Source: the human T2T-CHM13v2.0 reference genome, Homo sapiens. From it: a DNA stretch of 64,000 nt. This document shows, piece by piece, positions 26,407-40,693 of this stretch; the stretch's first letter is position 1, and every line of letters begins with the position of its first letter. The stretch lies in NCBI RefSeq assembly GCF_009914755.1, contig NC_060929.1; one strand, given 5' to 3'. The translations under genes were made by a program, and so were the position numbers. Below the pieces are notes generated by a model. It searched no databases, was not told the DNA's origin, and saw nothing but the letters and a program-made list of their open reading frames with translations.

Positions 26407-26620
26407 TTACAGTAAATATAATCTTCTGTTAGCATGTGAGAAAAAAATGAACAAACCCTATTTTTCTGAAATAAAGCAAGTAAAAAAATGCTTAATGATA
26501 AATACAGTGATATCGTCTTACTTACAATGGAAATGGTGTGAATCGGTGAGTCAACTGTTTATTTCCAGGTAGATTTTCTAGAAAATAAATGGCATCTTCG
26601 TCAGGACTTCTTTTTTTTTT
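26407..26620 (+). repeat. Copy 2 of a diverged ~200 bp direct duplication
   Basis: Shares ttacagtaaatataatcttctgt, aaagcaagtaaaaaa, tgcttaatgataa and caggtag..tttcta.aaaataaat with copy 1. Confidence 0.9.
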
Positions 26621-26639
26621 TTTTCCTTTTATGATATGT

Positions 26640-27000
26640 ATCTTGAACCAAGCAGGAATTTATTTCTGTCTCATGAAAATGAAATCTGATGTTCGTGATC
26701 CTGGGTATCTATGGGAACCCCATGATATCATCATGCACCTTGGTGCCCTCCAGCTCACTTCCAAGCCACCATGGGAGTACCGCCCTTACCGACATAGTTC
26801 AGAATGGCTGCTCCAGCTCCAGCTTCTACACCTGCACTCCAGGAAGCAGGAGAAAGGAAAAGGTGGAGAAATGTGTAAGTTCCTCTCTTTCAGATATCTT
26901 AGAAGTCCCACAGGACAGCTCTTATTGTTTCCCGTTGTCCAGAACTGAGTCTCATGGCCATATCTAGCTGAAAGATGGGCTAGGAAATGTAGTTTTAAAA
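26640..27000 (-). mobile_element. Old MaLR LTR (MLT1K/L-like)
   Basis: aatggctgctccagctccagc...ccagaactgagtctcatggccatatctagctg...gggctaggaaatgtagtttt. Confidence 0.72.
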
Positions 27001-27649
27001 TGGTATGGTAATGCACTGAGCAAAACATTTAAGTTCTCGGCAGGGGTGGTGGGGTGGAAATAAATAAAGACAAAAAGTTCACTGTGCCACAATACCCATT
27101 TTTCCTGTATTTTTTTAAATCCCAACAGGATGGGAAAAAGAAAATAGGTGAGACTGAAATTTAACATTGCTTCCTAGACAGCACATTAGAACTTAATGTT
27201 TGCCACTAAATAGCTATGTGGTTATAAGGCATGTATCAGTCAGACAGTTTATTCCTTCCTAGGTACTACTTGCTTTGCAAATCAGGAATTGAGACTGAAA
27301 GCTCCTTGAGGACAGGGACTGGACCATGCTGACTTCAATTCTCAGTGCTTACCCATTATAAATGCAAACAATCCATACTGAAATTAAATGAGTAAATGAA
27401 ATAGTTAAGATAATTTCAGATCCAAATAATGGAAAGTAAAAATATCATACTTACTAAATACATACCTGGACATTAGAGAACTAAGATTGAGATGTAACAT
27501 ACCATTTAGTAACTAGGGATGTTATGCAAGTCCTTTGAATTCTCTAAGTCTGAATGTCCTTCTTTCTAGAATGGAGGTAATAAGCCAATCTATGGCAACA
27601 TGGAATTGTGCAATTTATCCAATTGTACTTAATGGTTCCAAACTTAGTG

Positions 27650-28520
27650 AATTGCCTCACCATTCTTCTAGTTGCCTTGGTCAGGAACCTAGGTGCCATG
27701 ATTGCCTGCTTTTTCTTTGTTCAACTCTCCCACATGTAATGAATTATTAAATCCTCTGGAGTCTTATCTTCTATTTCCTGACTGTGTCCAAATAGTTTCA
27801 CCCATGTTGCTACTACCCCAATCTGAGACACCATCATATCATCATACCTGACTTGAATTACAGCAAGAGCTTGTTCACTGCTCTTATTTCCTGCAGTCTT
27901 GTTTCTCCCCAGCACATTTTCCATGTAGCAGTCAGAGTGATCTTTCTGAAACATAAACATAGTAATGACAGTACTCTAAATAAAGTAAGTTCCCTTAGGA
28001 TCAAGTTTAAATACCCTAGGATGATCATGAACCCCTTTATTACCTGGCCTTGTGTAGCTTCTACTTTTGCTACTGTTCTTTCCTGCCTCACACCCTCTTG
28101 TCCATTCATAACTAACTTCTTATAAGCTTTTCAACATGTAATGCTCTTCTTAAAGACTTTGCATATACTGTTTTTCTTATTTGAAACAACATACCTTCTC
28201 TTTCTACCTCTCCCAACTTTTTCTCTATCTGGCAAACTCCTCTTCTTCATTCACTTATTTACTAATGATTTCCCTTAAGAAACTCTTTCTGAATTTCACC
28301 TCACTCCCAGACTCAGTGACGCAGCCCTGTCTTCTGTTCCTGTCATACCATGTGCTTTCCTTATTGTGAATTTTATTAGTCTATTTTTTAGTTAGTTGAT
28401 TAATACAACAGTCGGAACTGACTGTTAATTCCATTGATACAATAATCATGTCTATCTTCTGCATTTATCATAGCACCTGCCTGACACATAGTTTGAAATT
28501 CCATGAAAAGTATGAATTTC
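27650..28520 (+). mobile_element. L2 3' region
   Basis: gaacctagg...ctactaccccaatctgagacaccatc...gaattacagcaa...gcagtcagagtgatctttctgaaacataa...gcctgacacatag. Confidence 0.8.
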
Positions 28521-29863
28521 AGTTACTATATATGAAACACAGGCACTAAAGGACAGCAAGAGTAAAATATATAAAGATCTTTACAATTATAATGAGAAGG
28601 TTTATATTAAACCTTACTTCTTTTAGTTTATTTATAAATATTTTTCTCTGAACTGAACTCCTTTGCTCTGAACTGAGATCTCTGTCGCTTAAGCTTTAAT
28701 GCCCAGATATCACAAGTCTTGGATCTTTTCCTACTTTTAAAAATCTATAGATATGTGGTATGTTCTGGTCACTTGGAGCTTGCAGAACAGAACCGAAAAG
28801 CTTACCTCTTAGCCTTCTATTTATAAAGAAAAGGCTTATCTCTGGAGAACTCTATCAATGCAACTCACAATTGTTGCTGAAGCTTCTAACCATTTGTCTC
28901 CAGAGAGTACACTGACTTTCTTGATATGTGGATTTCTATGAATTATGTGACTCACTTCTGAAATGCCCTTTTAGTTTTCTCATTTGCTCTTCCTTTCATG
29001 GGAAATAAAGGAGAAAATGTGCCAGACGGTGATCAATGAAGTTTTTATCATGTCTGATGATAATATCTATCCAATAAAAAATGATTTTTGTGGCAACTAA
29101 ACTTAATATAATTTTACTCTACCTGATATTTCTGTCTTCAATCACTATATTATTTAGATAGAAATAACCTCCCAGGGATGAGCCTTCTAGCAGTTTTTGT
29201 TTATAACTTGACCTTCTGTTAAAGAGTTTTTTAAAAAATAAATCCTTTTCTCCTTAAACATTTTAAAGATATTTTAAACAAATTTAAATATTATTTTCTT
29301 GAGTGTAGTTATGTGTTATTTATTACACAAGAACTGAACTTTCTTAGACAGGGTCATCTTCCCATGGAAAGAGCTTCAGATAATTGAGGATGAAAATAAT
29401 TCTAAGAAAGAGAGCACAGATTTTTAAAATTTACAACTCAGATGAAAGTATATAACAGAAAGTACAAATGTATAGAAATACAGTCACCTAGATATAGCAG
29501 GGGAAACATCAACATTTATAAAAAATGTGAAAATGTTGTCATATTCAAAAAGACATCTATATTTAACCTGAGTAGTGTTTGAAATACATGGAGCCAAAAA
29601 GATGAATTTCTATTTTTTTCCCCTTAACTTTATCTTTTCTCTTCTACTCTGAAGTGGATGTGTCTCTTGAGAAAACTCTTTTTTGCTCTTATTTTTTCCC
29701 TTTTATTTTGTTCTTTTATTACTTTGAATATCATATGTGTAACTTGATATAAATACTTTGCATATAAGACATTTAAGTGTAAATATCTTAAATATAATAG
29801 TTATATCCAGGCATGACAGTTTAAACATGATGACCAAGGTGTAAATGTGTTTTTTCCATCTCT

Positions 29864-29866
<3 letters not shown>

Positions 29867-29897
<31 letters not shown>
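29867..29897. repeat. (AC)n microsatellite
   Basis: Pure AC run. Confidence 0.96.
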
Positions 29898-29899
<2 letters not shown>

Positions 29900-30079
29900 C
29901 ACAAACACATAAATACACAGTTAGGCACATAGATAATATTCATTCCTATAGTAGGATATAGGAATTTATAAACATGAAAAATATAAACTTCATACATTCA
30001 TAGATATACATATAATAGTTTCCTACTAGAAAACTATCAGTGTCTAATATGTTTTAAAATATTTGTGTGAAAAATTTGT

Positions 30080-31100
30080 AACAAAATGGGGAACTGAGAA
30101 GACTTATCTCCCATTTATATAACTCCTCACCTAAAACCTAATAAAAAGTCTTTCAATATAATTAAAACATAATGGAGTTGACTATAAGAAAAAATATCCA
30201 CTGATGAGCTAGAAATGATAAGAAATTCTGAGAGCTAGAAATCAGATGCAGTCTGATTGACATATGGGCTCAGAAGACTGGTAGAGCAGTGGAAGCTATC
30301 TAGGATCACAGGTAATGAAGAAAATGAGTAGAAATGGCCAATTAGGCAAATATTTGACAACTGACAGAGCATCCATGGTCAGAGCTATTGGATTGGTCTT
30401 CCCTTTTTCTGTGCTAGTGGAGCAGTGGAGTGGACAACAATATTAGCTATCACAGGCTGGATATGACAGTGAGGAAATCTTGACATTGAGCATTTCCCTA
30501 GGGAGCTACTGAACCTCCCCCTCCCCCCGCCCCCCAGGATACGACAAAAGACCAAAGCTAAGGAGAAAACAATGGCACAAACAACCAAATACTTTTCCAG
30601 AAAAATAAACAAAGGCTAGATCCTGTCCTCAGAAACTACATCCACAGAGAATAATATAGGAGTTCTAAAAATATGAGACTTTCAGCTCCCAAAACAAGAA
30701 CAACCAAATTTTTAGGCAAAAAGTCTAAAAAATTACTGCAAAAGAAAGACACCAAGTTAAACTAGCAAAGAAATTCCTGGTTGAGGGGACAATTAACAGA
30801 ACATATAAACCTATATGCTAAAAGCAAGAGAACCAATCATAAATCTTATAAATTAAAATTTTCACTGCAATATTTTTGAAAATTGTATGCTATTCAATAG
30901 CATAATAGAAAAAGTAGAAGGGTGAAATAGAAACCCGAAACACTAAGAGAAGGGATTTTTCCAAAACATGGAAAAAAAAGCAAAGGGATAGAGAATGCGA
31001 GAAGGAAAATGTCAGCAGACATTTAACATTAATTAGTTAGCAATACAGAGTCTACCTAATAGAGATTCCAGAAAGAGAAAGCAAACAAATGAAATAAATA
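30080..31100 (+). mobile_element. Highly decayed ancient L1M 5'/ORF1 region
   Basis: A-rich, with ctaatagagattccagaaagagaaa resembling the ORF1 IGVPE motif region. Confidence 0.45.
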
Positions 31101-31134
31101 AAATAAAATAGGAAAAAAATCATGGTCAAATAAA

Positions 31135-31855
31135 GCGACGAAATTGACAGGCTTATTATAAAATTCATTTGGAAATACAGGACCCAGAGAAATCTTTAAA
31201 AAGAAGAGCAAAGTTTGTGTGTTCACATGTCCTGATTTCAAAACTTATTGCAAAGCTACACTAATCAAGACAGTGTGGTACTGGCATATGGTTAGCCATA
31301 TAGATCGATAGAATAAAATTGAAATTCCAGAAATAAACCCTAACATTTATAATCACTGATTTTTCAACTAGACTGCCAAGACAATTCAAAGGGAGAAAAA
31401 GTCTTTTCAGTAAGTGATATTGGGTATCTACATGCAAAAGAATGACTTTCTACCCCTACCTCACATCACACACAAAAATTAATTCAATGTGGATTATAAA
31501 CCTGAAAGTAAGATTTAAAACTATAGGACTGGCAAAACCACAACAAAAATCAATCAGCCAAATGTAAAAATGAGGAAAGGACTTGAATAAATATTTCTCC
31601 AAACAAGAAACTAATGATCAACAAGCACATGAAAGTCAAAACCATGATGAAATGTCACTTCATACTCACTAGGCCATCATTTAAAACAAAAAATAACAAG
31701 TATTGGCAAGGATGTGCAGAAATTGGAACCCTCAGGCACTGCTAGTGGGAATGTAAAAATGGTACAGCCACTATGAGAAACAGTTTGACTTTCTCAGAAA
31801 GTTAAACATAACATTGCCACATGATCCAGTAATTCCACTACTAGATATACTCCAA
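31135..31855 (+). mobile_element. L1M ORF2 C-terminal fragment
   Basis: cctgatttcaaaacttattgcaaagctacactaatcaagacagtgtggtactggcat (PDFKTYCKATLIKTVWYW); ttggcaaggatgtgcagaaattggaaccc. Confidence 0.88.
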
Positions 31856-32201
31856 ACTCTAAATTTTTAATGAAAAAGATGGATATATCCCTATGTGGTT
31901 AATATACAATTAGTAACTTTTTTCTCATTTGCTGTTAACTGTATTCCTAACATATTTCTGCATATGAAAATAATATAAAATTGAGGATAACATGGAATAC
32001 AAATTATGATAGCAATTGAGAATTCAGCAAATGTGAAGGAAGCTAGACGTTAACTAGAGGAATATCCAATGGACTTGAATGCATGATAAGAATACCCTTG
32101 GCAAAATTGAAATAGCACAGAATTATTCTACCTTCTACATAACTTAAAGCAAAATGCATAATACTTACATATAACACTATAAATGTATCATATTCATTCT
32201 C

Positions 32202-32497
32202 TTTTTTTTCTCTTTTTTGAGACAGCATTTCGCTCTTTCACCCAGGCTGAAGTGAAGGGGCATGATCTAGGCTAACTGCAACCTCCGCCCCATGGGTTCA
32301 AACGATTCTCCTGCCTCAGCCTCCCAAGTAGCTGGGATTACAGAAGCCCACCACGCCGGCTAATTTTTGTATTTTTAGCAGAGGAGGGGTTTTTGCCATG
32401 TTGGCCAAGCTGGTCTCGAACTCCTGACCTCAGGTGATCCACCTGCCTTGGCCTCCTGAAGTGGTAGGATTACAGGCATGAGCCACCGCACCTGGCC
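32202..32497 (-). mobile_element. AluS (Sx/Sq-like)
   Basis: Full dimer with ctcctgacctcaggtgatcc. TSD catattcattctc (32189-32201) / catattcgttttc (32498-32510). Confidence 0.95.
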
Positions 32498-34254
32498 CAT
32501 ATTCGTTTTCAACTTAAAAAAAAAAAAAAGAAAAACAGAAAAAAAACATGTTAAAAAAAGTATGCAATGTTCATATCATTTACAAGCAGAATTTAATGTA
32601 AGAAGACTTGATCTTAAAAGTGATAATGAAATTTTCAAAAAGTGCACATAGTATACAGAGGAGAAATTCGAGTGGATAGTATTTTAATTCTCTCATATTT
32701 CATAGCAAGAAAGTCCATAAATACTGTCAATAAATCAAGCATTAGCATATGGCTTAATATAAAGCAAGCCAATAGAAGAAAATAAAAGTCAGAAGTTGAA
32801 GAATGAGGGAAATACAGGAAGTCGTGTAAGTTAATTTTTTAATTATTTCCAAAGGAGAGGTAATGTATATTTTCTAGGGCAGATAAATCAAGAAATAGAG
32901 GCATATATAGACACTATACAAAGCAAATAATGGTAAGCACAAAGAACTAAAGAGAAGCTGTTGTATTAACATTTGCCTCAAGGGAATAGATGTGAGCCAT
33001 AGAAAGATTACTATTTTTCATTTTCTTTTGTTTTCTTGAAAAATGTTTTTCATGTACATTTTATAGAATTTGCAAAAACCAATGAAGTACATATTTTGGA
33101 GAAAGAAAAATTCCAGCTCTGCTTTGCATGACTAGAGTCCAATTACTGGAATGCCATCCATTTTGCCATATATAGGTAGCAAAGTAAATGAAAGCACATG
33201 GAGGTTATACCTAGGTAGCCAACTTTTTCCATAATTGCCCACAGCTCATTATTCAGTAACATTACTTGTGATGCTCATGAATATTCTGCAATAGGCTTTA
33301 TTTTAATCTTTTTCCTGTGTTCATCATATTTCTATATTTTTTAAAAAATCACATGGTAATTCAGGGAGACATGGTTGAAAATATTTTACGATATATTTTC
33401 TTGACCTCATGCACTTTAAGTCACATCTTTTGTTTGAAGAGGAACTTTGTGGCCTTTCTATCCCTTCCTTTCTGTGGACTACTGAGGCTTATTCCTGATT
33501 TTTTATGTATTTGGTTCTACAAGAAAACTGAAAAGCAAAACAGAAATTCACAGACTTCTGGAAGTCTCGGAAGTCCAGCATCCAAATGTAATAGTTAGAA
33601 AAAAAAAAAAAAAGGGTGCTCAGACTTTCAGACTTACAAAAAACAAGAGGCAGACAAAAATATACATAAAAAGATTGCTAAGAACAAGCATGCCAAAAAA
33701 GAAAAAATAGGTTAGCAGAGTTAGATACTGCTATCTTCACAGATAAAAGTAAAGCCAAGAGGGGTTCAATTAGACAGAAAATTTAATGCAAGTACTGATA
33801 TAAAGTGATTAAACAATGGGCCAAAAATGAGCCTAACTTATAAAGTAACATAGAGAATTAAAGAAGGAAAATAAGCCCAAAGGAGCAATAAATATTAACA
33901 TAGACATGAGGACTAAAATTCACAAATGGAAGTTAATACTATTATGAAGGGTAAACAATTGTGTGTATTTGGGGGCAAGGAGCCAATAGTTATGAAAAGA
34001 TTTATGTCCTCATGCCAAGGGCTGGTTTGGGTAGAATTCTGACAAAGGGTACTAATGCAAGTCAAGGAATTATTGGTAACATTAAACACAATCCAATATT
34101 GTTTATCCAATCTACATCCTACATACATTAATGGTTTTAATTCCACATGTACAATCTTAATCTTGATTGTGAAAAGATTAAATTTCTTAAAATGAAAATT
34201 TCTTAATCATAATATTCCATGTAATTCCTTTATATTTAAAATATGTTTAGGATG

Positions 34255-34340
34255 TATATTATAGGTCATTATACATAATATGTATTATAGATACATGTAT
34301 ATATAATATGTAATAGTATATATTATATGTAATATATATA
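34255..34340. repeat. AT-rich low-complexity (TA-derived) tract
   Basis: Degenerate TA/TAT repeats. Confidence 0.7.
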
Positions 34341-37300
34341 AGACTACAGAACACTAAAGAGTTTAAATATTTAAGCATTACTGAACAATGTAGAAAATAT
34401 CCTATTTTTAAGTATTTCTGCCTCCAGAGTTAGTACAATCAGTTCTTTGAATTTGTGGTCCAAGAGTGAAATTGAGCTCTTTGATAATTAATTCTCTGAC
34501 AGTTTATACTGAAAGAGAAAGATCATAATGATGAAGACTAATATAAATGTTGACATTTAACAAAATGTTGTAAAAGAAAATTTTATTGTACTACAGTGAC
34601 TACTTACCAATTGATTTCTTAATAACCCAAAAGAATAAATGGACCTAGCAAAAGTCCCTAAATTACTCTTAGAGAATAGCTTCCATGGGTATATCTTGCT
34701 TTTAAGGAGGATTTGAAACTGTTCTACTGCTATCTTTGGCTTCCCATGGATCATGAAAAATAATGAATTCAAGTTTCTCAAGCCCTTTATCCTTGGGTCA
34801 AAGGAAATTGAACAGGCTTGTGAGGTTACTATCACTTGTTCATTGTTGAGATTAAAATATATTCAGAATATGAACGAAGTTTAGCTCAGATAATGGAAAA
34901 AATAAGTATATCTATAGAGCTTGTAATTTTAAAAATATTTTAAAATCATATAAATTTGCAACATTTTATTTCAATATGTTACTTTTACATTTAACATGTA
35001 AATCTAATTGCACAGCATTTTATTTTTATGTTTATAAATGTAATAATGTCAGATTGATTGCTTAGGTGTGTTGACCTATGAAATTCTCTTGGCATATAAC
35101 GGGATTCATTAACGATAATCTTTAAGTCTGTAATAAATAATCAGTTTCTGGAGTTATTTTTTAAAGACACACTGATAAAGCCTAAAAGATAATTATTTTG
35201 CATGTATCTTGCCCTGGAACAAGATGTACAATTAAAATGACCACCAAACAGCAATAACATCTTTATGAAGATGGTTTGATAAGAAATTTAGGTCAAGGAT
35301 GCTAGCTAAAAGACTATTTCATTTGCTTTAACAGGCATCCTTTCAGACATTCCTTGCTACAAAAAGACAATAGATTAAAGAGAAAGAAGGGAACAGAGAT
35401 TCTTTGTAAATATTGGCACTTAACTCTGTGAAGCAGACGACTACTGACCCTGAGTACTCTGTAATTTCTTTGTTCAACATTCTGCCTCTTATACCCCTGT
35501 CAGGTTGTAAAATCAAAAGGTTCTCCAGGGTTGCTCTGAACATAAGTGTCCATGCTCTTTTGTACATACTGAATACTGTGTATTTTTTTTTATAACATAT
35601 CAATTTTTAGTGTGTCCTTTTTCCTGTTTACAAAAAGTGCTGCAATATAGGTTGGGGGCTGGATATCTGTGCTATCATTTTCAAACTTTGTGAAATATTA
35701 AGAGCCCTATTTTATTATCCTAATTTTTTAGTATGCCATATTCAAGACAGATGTGGCATTTTAAAATATGTCTTTAAGGAAACCAACACATTTAATGTTT
35801 TGGGAGGTTGAGTGTTACGGCATTATCCAAAATCATTTTTAAAATAATCATCTACTTGTCATATGATTTTGTTTCTTCGGGATGACCTAAGGATTGGAGA
35901 AATTTATTCCTCTCATTTGTGCTTGGTATTGATGCTTGGTTTCAGATGTTATAAAATCAGTGTTGAATGTGAGTAAGTTATTCATAATACAGCTTCTAAT
36001 GAGGTGTAGACATGACTTGAATAATAAATATCCCAGTCTTTTAATAAGGCTCATCTTATGCTCATAATAAAACCCTACACTGTTTCCATAATCCAGTGGA
36101 ATTTCACCAAAGTTAAATTAAGACACACAAAAGCACATTCTTAAAGTACGATTTATAATCCTTAGGAAATGACTGTAATTGATTTACAACAAACCAGCTG
36201 TACTGAGAACTCAGCAGCCCCAGGTGACTGTAGCGGTTTTGCTTGATTAAACCTGCGCACACAACAGGCTAGTCTGGAATTTTTTGTCAGATTGTAAAAT
36301 CCAAAGATAAAACACATGGTTAATGGAGAACGTTTAGCCAAAACTACTGGAGAATAATTTTGCTTAGGTAAACACTTATTTAAATACATTTACAAAAATG
36401 TCATGCACATTTAAAAATCATAATGTATAGAAGCTACTTTATGTTTCTAAAAAGGAAGATTTTTTTAATGCCTTTTTCTTTTGTGGATTCTGCCTACTTC
36501 AAGCTTTCTTCTTTTTATAAAATTCTGGCATATGCAATGTACTGTATCTGAAAATGATAGAGTGTGCCTTTCTGGTACAGTCTTGTCAATTACATGTGCC
36601 TTGTTTCATTAACTACAGCTAATTATTAGCCATAGTGTTCTAGGCTATGAATTTAAATTGAGTAAAATGAGTGGTCATTTTTTATGATTTCTTTCTAGTC
36701 ATCTCAGATTCATCAGACTATTTTTATTACGTGTGAAAATATTAAAAGTATAATAATCCAAATCTTTCACTGCCTTATTCAGTAACCAAATAAGTGTTCA
36801 TATTAAAGGTGACAGAGATAGATGGCATTAACTCTGTTTTTTTGCTTGACAGCTCTTGCCCACAACATATGTTCAGTGCTATCAGGGTTATTACAGAGAA
36901 CACAAACTAATCAGGTGGACAGATTCACAAACAGTGTCTAGAACACATGGTGGCCTCCCAGTGTTAACAAGAAATGTCTGAATCGCTTGTAAACATCATC
37001 AAATAATGTGAAGATTTGTCATTTTGATTGCTGGTTCTTAAGACTGTGGTTAAAATAATCTTGTTGACTATGGACCTGCTAGATTGGAAGGTGAGATGCT
37101 GTGACCTGACCTTATTTGCTGTTGTGTCACGGAAAAGAGAAAAAATTATGGGCTCTGTAATAGTTCTGATATTGATTCAACAATCCATATGTTTTACCTT
37201 TAAAAATAATTTGGGATTAATGTTTGCTCTTGAGGCTGAATTTATTAAAAGGGATTAATATACAAAACCTTTTTGTTCAAAAGTTTATTAAGAGTTACCC

Positions 37301-37474
37301 ACTTATTAATTTCTTTCTCCATTAAGGAATTCTAATTCTAGGGTAATTTGATGATCTAATGTTACAAAGATTAAAATGTACTTGAAAACTACCACTAGCT
37401 TCCCATGCAGTAGCACCTCTATGTGCATATGGGTACATGAGTTCTCATGTTTTTATCTTTAATCTACTATGTAT

Positions 37475-37531
37475 TGTGTGTGTGTGTATATATATATATG
37501 TATATATTTGTGTATATTTACATATACATAT
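37475..37531. repeat. (TG)n(TA)n compound microsatellite
   Basis: Read directly from the sequence. Confidence 0.85.
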
Positions 37532-38064
37532 GTCACTGCAAAATTTCTCCTTGACACCTAACAAAGATATCACTTTTTACTTGCAAAGAAAATCAGAATG
37601 GAAAAATAATACCTAAATGGTGAGCCAGATGAAGTAATTATTTTGGGATTATAAGGAGAATGTTGCTGGGAAAAGAGCTTGAAATTGTGAAATTTCTAAA
37701 TAAAGAGGCCTTTCAACAAACTGGAGCAGTCTGCAAGGGCACTATCTAAACATAAAGCCTACTGATCTCAGCATTTATTCCATTGACTTCTGGCAGGTTT
37801 TAAAGGGAGGGGGGAGATTTTGCTATAAAGTTTATATTTTTAGGTGTATAGCTTTTTTTCTAATTCTTTTTATCTCCACTGAGTCTTCTTCCCTCAATCT
37901 ATTTATCATACTCACAGTCAGAGGTAATCTTTACTATAGCATGAAAATATCCTAAAAATTAGAATTATATGAATTTGAAGTAAAAATATATACCATCTTA
38001 TTAGTGAATTAGCTTGTCCAAAGCTTAAATACTTGGTAGTTCTTTCCAGATAAAATAGAATATT

Positions 38065-38313
38065 GTACAAGAGTGTAGGCTTTAGAGACACAGAGGTTGT
38101 TTTGGAATGTTGATTATGACACTTCATAGAGTTGTGAATTTGGGTTACTCATTTAACTTTTTTGAGCTTCAATTTTCTCATCAAAAAGTATAGATGGTAA
38201 TATCTATTAAATGGAGTTGTTAAGAAGATTACAACAAAAACCTATTTTGGCAAAGCATTTACTAGAATGGCTGACCCATAGGAAGTCTTAGTCAGCTGCA
38301 TCTGTTATAATTA
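38065..38313 (+). mobile_element. MIR SINE
   Basis: Core ttgggttactcatttaacttttttgagcttcaattttctcatc...ggagttgttaagaagatta. Confidence 0.8.
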
Positions 38314-39133
38314 TGTGACAATATCCTTTGTTACTTCCATTTTGAATTTTCAGGCTAGCCTCTAGGTTCTAATCTTGGGGAAAACTGTTCCTATTAGTTA
38401 TCTTAATTTCTATCAATTAGATTAAGTTTCTCTCCTATTTATCAACTCATTATAAGAAACAATGACTTCTTCTACCTAGAACAGTGCCTCTCTTTTGCTA
38501 CAGTTTGAAACTGCATATTATCAATCAGCTGAAAAGGGAGCTACTTCAACCTCCTACCATCCTCCAGGCTTCCCCCACCCTGTGCTGCTATTCCTAATTT
38601 CTCTCTTTTGTTCATTAAGTGTTCAAATCCTGCTGTTGACTCTACCTCTTCAATAAATGTATTCTTCCTATAGTCATCAGTGATCTCTGATTTGCAAAGC
38701 CCAATGAATTACTTTTCAGTCATTTTCAACATTCAAAAAGTTGACCATCCACACCTGGAAGTTCTCCTACTATGAGTTTCTAATAGCATTACTCTCTCTG
38801 GTTCTCCTCCTATCTCTCCAGATACTTGTTATTAAAGTCCATGAGATCCTTTTTCCTTTTCCTGATTCTGCATTGTAATTATTTTATCTTTAGTTTTCTT
38901 CTCTTTTATTCAATCAAGAAAAGCATATTGGTTGGTCTGACACACAATACGATAATTTTCAATCTATATCTCCAGCTCAGCATCGTACTCAAGGTGTCAG
39001 CCCATACAACCGCTACCTAGTAAACACTACTTAGAAAACATTTCAAACATAACTTGTCCAGAACAATATAACATGACCCCTCTACAACTCACTAACTTTA
39101 CTTTCTACTCTGGTAACTTATACCACCATATTC

Positions 39134-39477
39134 TGTCTTAGCCACCCTGGGCTGCTATACCAGAATGCCAATCTAGGTGGCTAATCAACAACAAACATTT
39201 ATTTCTCACTCTTCTGGAGGTTGGAAGTGTGAACTCAGAGTGCCGGCATGATTAAGTTCTAGTGAGTACCCTCTTCCAGTGGCTTTGCCCTCATAGGTGG
39301 AAATGGGGGGTGTAGGTGTTTCGGGTTTGTTTTACTAATGGCACTAATCCCATTCATGAGGGCTCCATAATCATGACCTAATTACCTCCCAGAAGCCCTG
39401 CTTCCTAATACCTTACATTGCAGGTTAGGATTTTAACATATAAATTTTGGAGAAACACAAACATTCAGTTCATAACA
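39134..39477 (-). mobile_element. MLT1A0-like MaLR solo LTR
   Basis: tgtcttag...atttatttctcactcttctggaggttggaagt...taatcccattcatgagggctcc...acacaaacattcagttcataaca. TSD tattc/tattt. Confidence 0.9.
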
Positions 39478-39850
39478 TATTTCCAGTTTTCCAAGATGCC
39501 TAAAGGTCATTTTATATTTCCCACTTTCCGATATTCCACTTAAACATTATGTCAATTCTACCTTCATAATATCTTACAATTTATTTTCCTTCTGTACTAT
39601 CGCTGCCTTTGCCTTACATTAGACCCTCTTCTTTTTTACCTGGATTTCTTATGAATTTTCCCTTCTCCTAGTCTTCTTTCCCTCTATCCCAAATCCATTA
39701 GCCATACTGCCACAAAAAATCATTTTAATGAAGTATAAATTGATTGCATCATTCTCTTAAATCATTCCAAGTTTTCGTATTACCTTCAGGATAAGTACCA
39801 CCATAGAATACATCTTTCCTGTTATTTTTCTCCCCGCCCACGTTCCTATA

Positions 39851-40693
39851 CAAATGCTCCTTGACCTAAGATGTTGATATGGTTTGGATGTGTGTCCCCT
39901 CCAAATCTCATGTTGAAATGTGATTCCCAATGTTGGAGGTGGGGCCTAGTGAGAGGTATTGGATAATAGGGGCAGATCCCTCATGAATGGATTGGTGCTG
40001 TCCTTATGGTAATGAATTCTCACTCTATAAGTTCACATGAGATCTGGTTGTTTAAAAGAGCCCAACACTTCCTCTCTTCTCTCTATTGCTCCCTCTCTCA
40101 TCATGTGACACACAGGTTTCTCTCACCTTCGGCCATGATTGTAAGCTTCCTGAGGCCCACACCAGAAACAGATGCCAGCACTATGCTTCTTGTATAGCCT
40201 GCATAACGGTGAGCCAAGATAAACCTCTTTTCTTTATACATCATCCAGCCTCAAATTATTTTGTTATAGCAAAGCAAATGGACTAACACAGGTGGGGTTA
40301 TGTCCTGATAAACCCTTGTTAAGTTGAAAATATTATAATTCAAAAATGCATTTAACGTACCTAACCTTTGGAACTTTGTAGCTTAGCCCAGCCTACCTTA
40401 AAACTGCTCAGAACATTTAGAATAGTTCACAGTTGGGCAAAATCATCTCACACAATGCTTATTTTATAAAAGGATTGTATATCTCCTGGTTGTTACCTTC
40501 AAGATCATGTCCCTGTCTGGGACCTGTGGCTCGCTGTCACTCCCCAGCATCCAGAAAGACTACAGTACTGCATATCACTAGCCCAGGAAAAGATCAAAAT
40601 TCAAAATATGGTTTCTACTGAATGTGCATTGCTTTTGCACAATTGTAAAAATTAAAAGATCATGTCTAACCTTTGTAAGATGGGGACTGTCTG
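39851..40693 (+). mobile_element. MER47B/Tigger5-family DNA transposon, split by MSTB
   Basis: TA then caaatgctccttgacctaagatg at 39851; resumes ggggttatgtcctgataaaccc at about 40293; ends ggggactgtctg. Confidence 0.87.
39875..40290 (+). mobile_element. MSTB MaLR solo LTR
   Basis: tgatatggtttggatgtgtgtcccctccaaatctcatgttg...ggactaacaca. Degenerate 5-bp TSD gatgt/ggtgg. Confidence 0.9.

Noticed and set aside
28800-28965. Minus-strand exon-like segment ending at GAG|GTAAG
   Set aside because: Stops in all three frames and a weak acceptor.
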